Positions 6,834 to 12,697 of a stretch of 12,697 bases of DNA are shown here, in pieces (within the stretch, counting starts at the first letter, position 1; every line of letters starts with the position of its first letter). This stretch comes from a virus. The translations under genes were made by a program, and so were the position numbers. Location: positions 1 to 12,697 of the IMG/VR virus record IMGVR_UViG_3300029573_000061; one strand, written 5' to 3'. A model generated the notes under the pieces. That model did not search any database. It had not been told where the DNA came from and saw only the letters and a program-made list of their open reading frames with translations.

Positions 6834-7530
6834 CCTGGGCGCGGCGCTTTCCGACAGCGGGAAGCGCGTTCTATTGGTTGACTTAGACCCGCAAGGGAGC
6901 CTAACAACCAGCCTGGGCGTAGACGTTGCCCAGGAAGATACAACGGCCTATGAGCTATTGAGGGGCGACAAGCCCGCGCAAGAGGTCATAAGGCACATGA
7001 AAAGGGGTTACGACCTAATACCCGGCGACCTGCGACTAACGGGGATTGAGAAGGGAAGCAACGACGTAGTAGGGCGCGAATACCTGCTAAAAGAAGCCCT
7101 GGAGGGCGTTACGGGCGCATACGACTACGTTTTAGTGGACTGTAGCCCTTCCCTGGGCGTTCTTTCGCTCAACGCGCTAACGGCATGTGACGCGGTTCTA
7201 ATCCCCACCCAGGCGGAATACCTAGCCCTAACCGGGCTTGCACAGCTTACGCAGACCATAGCCGTTGCAAGGCGGCGGCTAAACCCGTCCCTAACCATAG
7301 CGGGCGTGGTTATGACAATGTACGACAGGCGCAAAAACCTAACGGCGGCGGTAGAAGCACGCCTGGGCGAACTGTTCCCCGGCAAGCTTTGCAAGACCCG
7401 CATTAGGTGCAACGTCGCGCTAGCGGAAGCGCCCACGCAAGGCGTTGATATTTTCGCCTACGACCCACGGAGCAACGGGGCGAAAGACTACCAGGCGCTA
7501 GCGGACGAACTAACGGAGAAGGAGCAATAG
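6772..7530 (+). CDS. parA: ParA/Soj-family partition ATPase (type Ib)
   Basis: It has the deviant Walker A motif KGGVGKTTT at the N-terminus (MKAIAIVNQKGGVGKTTTAVNLGAAL), is 252 aa long, and is followed 2 bp later by a small RHH protein gene. Confidence 0.9.
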   Translation: MKAIAIVNQKGGVGKTTTAVNLGAALSDSGKRVLLVDLDPQGSLTTSLGVDVAQEDTTAYELLRGDKPAQEVIRHMKRGYDLIPGDLRLTGIEKGSNDVVGREYLLKEALEGVTGAYDYVLVDCSPSLGVLSLNALTACDAVLIPTQAEYLALTGLAQLTQTIAVARRRLNPSLTIAGVVMTMYDRRKNLTAAVEARLGELFPGKLCKTRIRCNVALAEAPTQGVDIFAYDPRSNGAKDYQALADELTEKEQ

Positions 7531-7532
7531 GA

Positions 7533-7838
7533 ATGGCAAGAAAGAAAGACTTTGGACTAGAAGCGGTTGAAGCGTTCCTGGACGCGGACGAACAGGAAGA
7601 GAAGCAACAGGAAGAGAAGAAGGCAAAGAGGGAAGCCACCCTGGTTTCATGGCGCATAAGCAACGACACGCTAAGGCGGTTCAAGGGCTTTGCAATCATG
7701 AACGGCGGCACCCAGATAGAAGCCATTGAGAAGGTAATTAACGACTACCTGGACGGCAAGGCGCTGGAGCCGGAAGAGAAACAGGCATACGACGCTTTCA
7801 TGAGGGTTTACAAGCCCAGAAAAAACGGAGGTGCATAG
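7533..7838 (+). CDS. Ribbon-helix-helix (ParG/CopG-like) protein, likely the centromere-binding partner of ParA
   Basis: A 101-aa protein with an acidic/Lys-rich flexible N-terminus followed by an RHH-like segment (ATLVSWRISNDTLRRFKGFAIMNGGTQIEAIEKVINDYL). Its position directly downstream of parA is typical of type Ib partition cassettes. Confidence 0.55.
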   Translation: MARKKDFGLEAVEAFLDADEQEEKQQEEKKAKREATLVSWRISNDTLRRFKGFAIMNGGTQIEAIEKVINDYLDGKALEPEEKQAYDAFMRVYKPRKNGGA

Positions 7839-7840
7839 CA

Positions 7841-8080
7841 ATGCGAATGCAGATTGACGGCGTTACCTACTACGACAAGGACGAAGTTGCAAAGCTTTTC
7901 AACTGTTCCACGCGGACGGTAAGGCGCTACCAGCTTGCGGGCCACTTTGAGCAAAGGAAGGTAAACCGTAGTTGGTTCTTCACGGAGCAAAGCGTTTTGG
8001 ACTACCTGGAGCAAAGGGGCATCGTCTGCTATGCAAAGCCGGAAAAGAAGGGGGGCGCTACGAATGAGCAGAAAAATTAG
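7841..8080 (+). CDS. Helix-turn-helix DNA-binding protein (MerR/Xis/AlpA-like, HTH_17)
   Basis: A 79-aa protein carrying YYDKDEVAKLFNCSTRTVRRYQLAGHF, the characteristic excisionase/AlpA-type HTH. A GGAGGTG ribosome-binding site precedes the ATG. Confidence 0.6.
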   Translation: MRMQIDGVTYYDKDEVAKLFNCSTRTVRRYQLAGHFEQRKVNRSWFFTEQSVLDYLEQRGIVCYAKPEKKGGATNEQKN

Positions 8081-9224
8081 CGTTGTCGAATACGTGGGCA
8101 AGAGCCTGGGCGGGCGTAACTTGAAGGCCCTGGGCAATGCCCTGGGAACGTTGGTTGACAAGGGCGTAATTGAGTTTCACGAGGGCGCTAGCGCCGGATA
8201 CCTGGACAGCCTGGAGCTTGCGGACGGCAAGACGCTTGAAGACGTGGACGCGGCACTAGCGGACTACCTGCAAGCACAGACGGAGCCGAAGAGCGGCACG
8301 GCAATACGGACTTTGCGCGGACAGTACGAAAAAGGGCTAATAGTGCCTAGGGACGCTGTAACAAAGCGCGTCTTTGACGGTATGCCGTTCGACATTGAAA
8401 CGGCTATACAAGTCGTTAGCAAGGAATGCGCGGCGGACAGGTGCGCAAAAGACGTAATAGTTACCCTACGCAACAACCAGACAAAAATAAACGAAGTCAT
8501 GGACAAGCTTAACGCGGACGATAGGCGCGTTTTTGCGGCTATATGCAATTGCGTTGCCCAGGGAATACATAGGGTTACGCCAACGCAGCTTTTCAGGCTT
8601 GCATACCAGGAACCGAACGCCACGCCCTGGGAAACCCAACTGGAGCGAATGCACGACAGCATAGAGAAAATGGCAAGCATATACATAGTGCTTGACGTTA
8701 GCGCGATTTTTTCAATTTACCCAGAATTGAACATGATAAAGACGGAAGGCAACTTCATAGAGGTTACGGGGTGGGCATTCAGACCACACAAGGACGGCAA
8801 AATATCAACGTTCTACGAGTTCGGGCGGGCTATACCGGTTCTATACCAGTACGCCTTAGCCGTAAACCAAATGACAACCCTAAAGCCCACGAGGGCCAAC
8901 GCGCTTAGCACGAATCTAAGAAGGACGAAGGACAACCAGGCCGTTGTGCAGCTAATCGCCGACAGGGTAGACGGCCTGGAGGGAATGAAGAAGGGCGGCA
9001 AGAAGCCCTATAGGAACATGTACAAAATCAACTATCAAAGCTTTTACGACCGGGCGGACTTTTCTAAATGCTCATCAGACGATTCAAAGAAGAAGAAGCG
9101 CCAACGCATAAAGAATGCCGTTAGAAAACAGCTTGACTACCTTACGGAGCGCGGCGTAATCGCGAGTTGGGAACGCCTGGAGGACGGCACGGGCGTTGCC
9201 ATCAACCCCGGAGGGGCGGCGTAA
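8064..9224 (+). CDS. Hypothetical protein, possible replication initiator / iteron-binding protein
   Basis: A 386-aa ORF taking the ATG at 8064 (ribosome-binding site AAGAAGGGGGG), with an alternative ATG at 8031 that lacks one. No family is recognised. A wHTH-like segment (DDRRVFAAICNCVAQGIHRVTPTQLFRLAY) and a basic C-terminus (KKKKRQRIKNAVRKQLDYLTERG) are present. The gene lies between the regulator and primase genes, upstream of the iteron region. Confidence 0.3.
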   Translation: MSRKISVVEYVGKSLGGRNLKALGNALGTLVDKGVIEFHEGASAGYLDSLELADGKTLEDVDAALADYLQAQTEPKSGTAIRTLRGQYEKGLIVPRDAVTKRVFDGMPFDIETAIQVVSKECAADRCAKDVIVTLRNNQTKINEVMDKLNADDRRVFAAICNCVAQGIHRVTPTQLFRLAYQEPNATPWETQLERMHDSIEKMASIYIVLDVSAIFSIYPELNMIKTEGNFIEVTGWAFRPHKDGKISTFYEFGRAIPVLYQYALAVNQMTTLKPTRANALSTNLRRTKDNQAVVQLIADRVDGLEGMKKGGKKPYRNMYKINYQSFYDRADFSKCSSDDSKKKKRQRIKNAVRKQLDYLTERGVIASWERLEDGTGVAINPGGAA

Positions 9225-9226
9225 CC

Positions 9227-10213
9227 ATGCGGGCGCTAAGGAACATACCGGAAGAGTTGAAGGCCGTACCGCATTGGGTAACGCGCGGCATCAGCGGCGG
9301 CGGCGCGGCAGACCGCAAGAAGCCATACAACCCAAACACCAACGCCCCGGCTAGGGTAAACAACCCCAACACCTGGGCGACGTTCGAAGCGTGCGAGAAG
9401 GCCGTAAGGCGGGCGAGGTACAGCGGCCTGGGCTTTGTCTTCACCGGGGATTATCTGGTAATAGACCTGGACAACGTAATAGACGCAAGGGGCAACGTGC
9501 TAAGGGACGCGGCGCGGATAATCGAAGCCGTGGACAGCTACACGGAGAAGAGCCTAAGCGGGCGCGGCTTTCACATCATCGCCCACAAGCCGCCCTTTGA
9601 AATCGGCGTGAACCGCGCAAGCTTTGCCCTGGACGAAGCCACGCTAGCGAGGTTCACGCGGGAAGAGCTGGACAGGGCCACGGGCGAGCTACGCGAGAAA
9701 AGGCCCGGAATAGAGTTTTACGACAGCGGGCGTTACATGGCGCTTACGGGCGACGTGTACCAGGGGCGCGACACGATAAGTGAAGCGCCGGAAGCCCTGG
9801 AGCGCGTCTATAGCGCCTACGTTGCGGGCGCTAGGGCCACGCAAGCCCAGAAGCCGCGCGTTGCGGCAAGCTACGCCACGGGCGGCAACCTGGAGACTGT
9901 AAGGGCGCGAATGTTCAGAGGGCGCAACCGCGACCAGATAAGACAGCTTTGGAGCGGCGACGTTAGCGCATGGGGAAGCGAAAGCGAAGCGGCGCTAAGG
10001 CTTTGCGACCATCTAGCCTTCTACACGGACAAAGACCCGGCGCAAATGGCGGCGCTATTCCGCCAAAGCGGGCTTTACCGCGCAAAGTGCGACGAACCGC
10101 GCGGGAACGGCAAAACATGGCTTGACGTTGTGATAGAAAAGGCAATGGCAAAGCCAATGGCGACTTATAGCGAATACGTGCAAGGCCACAGAAGCCCGTA
10201 TAAGGAGGGCTAG
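9227..10213 (+). CDS. DNA primase-polymerase (Prim-Pol N-terminal domain plus PriCT-like C-terminal motif), with no helicase domain
   Basis: The segment LKAVPHWVTRG...KKPYNPNT...NNPNTWATFEACEKAV...YSGLGFVFTGDYLVIDLDNV...SYTEKSLSGRGFHII follows the bifunctional primase/polymerase pattern seen in plasmid, PICI and P4 primases. The C-terminal SESEAALRLCDHLAFYTDKDPAQMAALFRQSGLYRAKCDEP matches the PriCT-type motif. A GGAGGGG ribosome-binding site precedes the ATG at 9227. Confidence 0.7.
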   Translation: MRALRNIPEELKAVPHWVTRGISGGGAADRKKPYNPNTNAPARVNNPNTWATFEACEKAVRRARYSGLGFVFTGDYLVIDLDNVIDARGNVLRDAARIIEAVDSYTEKSLSGRGFHIIAHKPPFEIGVNRASFALDEATLARFTREELDRATGELREKRPGIEFYDSGRYMALTGDVYQGRDTISEAPEALERVYSAYVAGARATQAQKPRVAASYATGGNLETVRARMFRGRNRDQIRQLWSGDVSAWGSESEAALRLCDHLAFYTDKDPAQMAALFRQSGLYRAKCDEPRGNGKTWLDVVIEKAMAKPMATYSEYVQGHRSPYKEG

Positions 10214-10235
10214 GCACCAAACGGGGCATTTGCCC

Positions 10236-10286
10236 ACGAACTGAATTAAAGGCCGTAGAAACGGCATCACAGCGCCCCACAGGGGC
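10236..10286 (+). repeat. Roughly 50-bp imperfect direct repeat, copy A (its 3' half is the terminator hairpin)
   Basis: GAACTGAATTAAAGGCCGTAGAAACGGCATCACAGCGCCCCACAGGGGC at 10236-10286 is matched at 10419-10469 by GAACGAATTTAAAGCGGTTCTAGGGGCATCACAGCGCCCCACAGGGGC. The last 24 bp are identical in both copies. Confidence 0.7.
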
Positions 10287-10297
10287 GTTTTTCTTTT
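10271..10297 (+). terminator. Strong intrinsic terminator after the primase gene
   Basis: The stem CGCCCC (10273-10278) pairs with GGGGCG (10282-10287) around an ACA loop, extended by an A-T pair. The tract TTTTTCTTTT at 10288-10297 follows. Confidence 0.75.
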
Positions 10298-10418
10298 GCC
10301 CACGCAAACCGCGCGAGCCTGGGCGGCACAAACTGGGCTTTGCGCCCCGGCCCTGGAAGCCACAAGCCCACAGAATCGTTTTTAAGCGTCATTTAGCCCA
10401 TGCATAGGGCGTTTTCCC

Positions 10419-10469
10419 ATGGAACGAATTTAAAGCGGTTCTAGGGGCATCACAGCGCCCCACAGGGGC
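10419..10469 (+). repeat. Roughly 50-bp imperfect direct repeat, copy B (same GC hairpin but no T-tract)
   Basis: See copy A. The sequence following this copy is ATCTAAAGC, so the hairpin here would not terminate transcription. Confidence 0.7.
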
Positions 10470-10545
10470 ATCTAAAGCAATCCTGGACGCACAAACCACG
10501 GCACAAGCTAAACGACGGGCTACCAAAGCCGCCCCAAACTACCCC

Positions 10546-10568
10546 GCCCCTAATGTTTCGAACATGTT
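10546..10568. repeat. Two 11-bp direct repeats ATGTTTC(G/A)AAC containing the short palindromes TTCGAA and AACATGTT
   Basis: The sequence CTAATGTTTCGAACATGTTTCAAAC lies immediately upstream of the iterons and shares the CATGT core with them. Confidence 0.55.
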
Positions 10569-10569
10569 T

Positions 10570-10635
10570 CAAACCATGTAGAAGTGTCCCCCAAACCATG
10601 TAGAAGTGTCCCCCAAACCATGTAGAAGTGTCCCC
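10570..10635. repeat. Three perfect tandem 22-bp iterons (CAAACCATGTAGAAGTGTCCCC), putative replication origin
   Basis: The copies run 10570-10591, 10592-10613 and 10614-10635 and abut head-to-tail with no spacers. An AT-rich tract with a 2 x 10-bp tandem repeat (TACAAGTCTT at 10692-10711) follows. The region lies in a 770-bp non-coding stretch downstream of the primase operon. Confidence 0.7.
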
Positions 10636-10862
10636 CCCATTTTCGCCAAAAACGGCCTATTACCAGCGATAACGGCCAATTTTCCATTCGCTACAAGTCT
10701 TTACAAGTCTTTCTATCTATTACCTAATACAGGAAGGGGTACTAGTAAGACAGACTCACCTGTTAGTAGAAGCGCCCCAAAATCTTTTCTTCATTGCCTG
10801 GAGCGGAAAAGCGGGCGGACGAAAAACGCGCGGAAGTTTTCAACATTCCCATCTTTGCCACA

Positions 10863-10878
10863 AAGACAGCAAGACAGC
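10863..10878 (+). promoter_or_regulatory. Tandem AAGACAGC x2 motif (copy 3 of 3 loci), upstream of the portal operon promoter
   Basis: The 16-mer is identical to the one at 2466-2481. Confidence 0.6.
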
Positions 10879-10921
10879 TTAAATGTATAAGTGTATACCC
10901 ATGATGCATGTTTTGCTATGA

Positions 10922-10945
10922 TTGACAGCTTGCATATGGTAAAAT
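10922..10945 (+). promoter_or_regulatory. Promoter candidate for the portal-protease-capsid operon (extended -10 TGgTAAAAT; TTGACA 12 bp upstream)
   Basis: TTGACA lies at 10922-10927 and TGGTAAAAT at 10937-10945. The CATATGG-TAAAAT core is shared with the 5093-5122 promoter. The direct repeats GATTGAC x2 plus CATTGAC at 10956-10981 lie between the promoter and the portal start and are operator-like. Confidence 0.5.
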
Positions 10946-11000
10946 CGTCTATAGCGATTGACGATTGACTATCGTTCATTGACTTTTGGGGGGTGAAGAA

Positions 11001-12221
11001 GTGGGATTCTTGCAGACATTCAAGCGGCGTTTTCGTCCTGGGCGCGAACTTTCGCAGGTTCAGACGCTTACGGGCAACACGGCGACCTATACGGCATTCA
11101 GCGGCGGCGCTTACGATAACGACATTTACCGTGGAGCGGTTGACGCTATCGCACGCAATGCGGCAAAGCTCAAAGGGGCGCACATCGTCACCGGGGCGGA
11201 CAACCAGGCAAAGGCCGGGGACAAGTCACTAGACAGGCTTTTGCAGATTCAGCCAAACCCCTATATGACGGCCTACGACCTTATCTATAAGCTTTGCACC
11301 CACTACTATCTGAACAACAACGCCTTTGCCTTCCTGGACAGGGACGGGCGCGGGGCCGTTCGCAACGTGTACCCCATCACTTGCACCCAGGCGGACTTCT
11401 TGACCGATGCAAGCGGGCGGCTTTTCGTGCAATTCCGCTTTAGGAGCGGTAACACGTTCGTTCTTCCGTATGGCGACGTTATCCACTTGCGGCGCAACTT
11501 CAACAGCAACGACCTTATGGGCGACACAAACGAAGCCCTTTACCCGGCCCTGGAGCTAGCGCACACGGAGAATGAGGGCATTATCAACGGCATCAAGAGC
11601 GGCGCGACCATCCGGGGCATTCTCAAATACACCCAGGTTCTTGCACCGGAGAAGTTGAAGGCCGACAAAGAAGCGTTCATAGCCGAATACCTGGACGTTG
11701 CCAACAATGGCGGCATTGTCGCCACGGATTCAAAAAGCGAATACGTGCCGATTGACAGCAAGCCCGTTACCATCGACCCGGAGCAGACGAAGACCACGGC
11801 GACGAAGATTTACAACTACCTGGGAATTTCGGAGAAAATCGTAAATTCGACCTATTCGGAAGACGAATGGGGCGCGTTCTACGAATCCGTTATTGAGCCG
11901 TTCGCCCTTCTGCTTTCCCTGGAGTTCACGCGCAAGGTTTTCACGGAGCGCGAACGCGCATTCGGCAACGAAATTCGTTTCGGCGCGGGGCGGCTTATGT
12001 ACGCATCAAACCAAACGAAGATTGAGACGGTACGCGAGCTAATGCCGTTCGGCGTTCTTACTGTCAACCAGGCTTTGGAGATTCTCAACCTTCCGCCCGT
12101 TGAAGACGGCGACAGGCGTTTGCAGTCGCTCAACAACGCCAACACGGAGATTGTGGACAGCTACCAGCAGCAGAAGGCGGCGGGGACGGCCCCGGACACT
12201 GAAAAGGGGGCTACGGCATGA
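11001..12221 (+). CDS. Portal protein, HK97 family
   Basis: The ORF frame runs 10986-12221. The likely start is the GTG at 11001, which has a GGGGGGTGA ribosome-binding region. The TTG at 10986 is the ORF-track start. The 406-aa length, the position upstream of the protease and capsid genes, and the 4-bp ATGA overlap with the protease start at 12218 all fit a portal gene. Confidence 0.8.
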   Translation: MGFLQTFKRRFRPGRELSQVQTLTGNTATYTAFSGGAYDNDIYRGAVDAIARNAAKLKGAHIVTGADNQAKAGDKSLDRLLQIQPNPYMTAYDLIYKLCTHYYLNNNAFAFLDRDGRGAVRNVYPITCTQADFLTDASGRLFVQFRFRSGNTFVLPYGDVIHLRRNFNSNDLMGDTNEALYPALELAHTENEGIINGIKSGATIRGILKYTQVLAPEKLKADKEAFIAEYLDVANNGGIVATDSKSEYVPIDSKPVTIDPEQTKTTATKIYNYLGISEKIVNSTYSEDEWGAFYESVIEPFALLLSLEFTRKVFTERERAFGNEIRFGAGRLMYASNQTKIETVRELMPFGVLTVNQALEILNLPPVEDGDRRLQSLNNANTEIVDSYQQQKAAGTAPDTEKGATA

Positions 12222-12697
12222 AAGAGCTAAGGACAGCGACAATCAAGGCGGACGCGCCCACGGCAGAGGGCGGCGGAAACCTTGTTTTGATAGGTACGCC
12301 AATCGTCTACGACACCCCGACAACGATTAACGACCCAGCGGGAAGCTACACGGAAGTTATCAAGCGCGGGGCGCTGGACGGCGCGGACATTGCGGACAGC
12401 CGTTTGCTTTACAACCACGACCTAAACCGCATCCCGCTAGCGCGTACACCCAAGACGCTTCATTTCAACGTCACCGGCAGGGGGCTTGAAATGCGGGCGG
12501 AATTGCCGGACACGGAGGAAGCGCGTTCTATTTACACGGCAGTGAAGCGCGGCGACCTATCCGGCATGAGTTTTGCGTTCAAGGTGCCACAGGGCGGCGA
12601 CAGCTACGACCCGAAGACCAACACGCGCACTATCTCAAAGATTGAAAAAGTCTACGAGGTCAGCGTTTGCCCGTTCCCGGCTTACCCGGCGGCAAGC
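12218..12697 (+). CDS. Prohead protease, HK97 family (N-terminal part; continues at 1-198 across the circular junction)
   Basis: The ATG at 12218 overlaps the portal stop, with an AAAGGGGG ribosome-binding site upstream. Translation reads MKELRTATIKADAPTAEGGGNLVLIGTPIVYDTPTTINDPAGSYTEVIKRGALDGADIADSRLLYNHDLNRIPLARTPKTLHFNVTGRGLEMRAELPDTEEARSIYTAVKRGDLSGMSFAFKV... and shows the H/S protease motifs of the U35 family. Confidence 0.8.
   Translation, partial: MKELRTATIKADAPTAEGGGNLVLIGTPIVYDTPTTINDPAGSYTEVIKRGALDGADIADSRLLYNHDLNRIPLARTPKTLHFNVTGRGLEMRAELPDTEEARSIYTAVKRGDLSGMSFAFKVPQGGDSYDPKTNTRTISKIEKVYEVSVCPFPAYPAAS
12599..12697. repeat. Terminal 99-bp exact duplication of bases 1-99 (circular-contig overlap)
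   Basis: Bases 12599-12697 are identical to bases 1-99 and sit inside the protease coding frame, which they keep continuous. This implies a 12,598-bp circular unit. Confidence 0.9.

Noticed and set aside
8031-8063. Alternative upstream ATG start for the 8064-9224 gene
   Set aside because: No ribosome-binding site precedes 8031, while AAGAAGGGGGG precedes 8064. Either way the ORF overlaps the end of the HTH gene, and the choice does not change the interpretation.
10570-10635. A CRISPR array
   Set aside because: Three identical 22-bp units abut directly with no spacers, and no cas genes are present. This is an iteron array, not CRISPR.
10606-10890. 94-aa + strand ORF across the iterons and AT-rich tract
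   Set aside because: It is encoded largely by repeat DNA, has no ribosome-binding site, and gives a Pro/Ser-rich translation. The region is regulatory or origin DNA.
1-12697. Integrase and attachment sites, which would make this an integrated island or PICI
   Set aside because: No ORF shows tyrosine or serine recombinase motifs. No tRNA or direct-repeat att-like flanks are present. The sequence closes on itself, so it is treated as an episome.

Overview
The window is one full copy, plus a 99-bp overlap, of a compact circular element roughly 12.6 kb long: bases 12599-12697 repeat bases 1-99 exactly. All 17 plausible genes lie on the + strand, in three apparent transcription units. (1) terS (P27 family) - terL - head-closure protein at 2503-4923, followed by a long hairpin plus T-tract terminator. 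(2) A cargo/maintenance operon at 5163-10213, headed by a near-consensus sigma70 promoter. It encodes a DUF3846-like protein, a tiny upstream ORF, a double-CxxC zinc-ribbon protein, a GIY-YIG nuclease, ParA, an RHH protein, an AlpA/Xis-like HTH protein, a putative initiator and a Prim-Pol primase, and it ends at a strong intrinsic terminator. (3) HK97-type portal - prohead protease - major capsid - gp6-like head-tail connector - HNH endonuclease at 11001 through the circular junction to 2046. The prohead protease gene spans the window ends. Between units lie a roughly 770-bp non-coding region with origin-like features and a roughly 450-bp GC-rich non-coding region in the classical cos position between the HNH and terS genes. 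The origin-like region holds three perfect 22-bp iterons, short palindromes, an AT-rich tract and a duplicated 50-bp element. A 16-24-bp tandem motif (AAGACAGC)n sits upstream of each of the three units. No tail, lysis, integrase or recombination genes are present. My main hypothesis is that this is an episomal capsid-forming satellite, or a minimal phage-plasmid, that builds its own heads, packages itself at a cos site by an HNH/TerS/TerL mechanism, and would need a helper phage for tails. The host is probably a GC-rich Gram-positive (Firmicutes-like) organism, judged from strong AAGGAGG-type ribosome-binding sites. Every domain call rests on motifs I recognised by eye; no searches were run.
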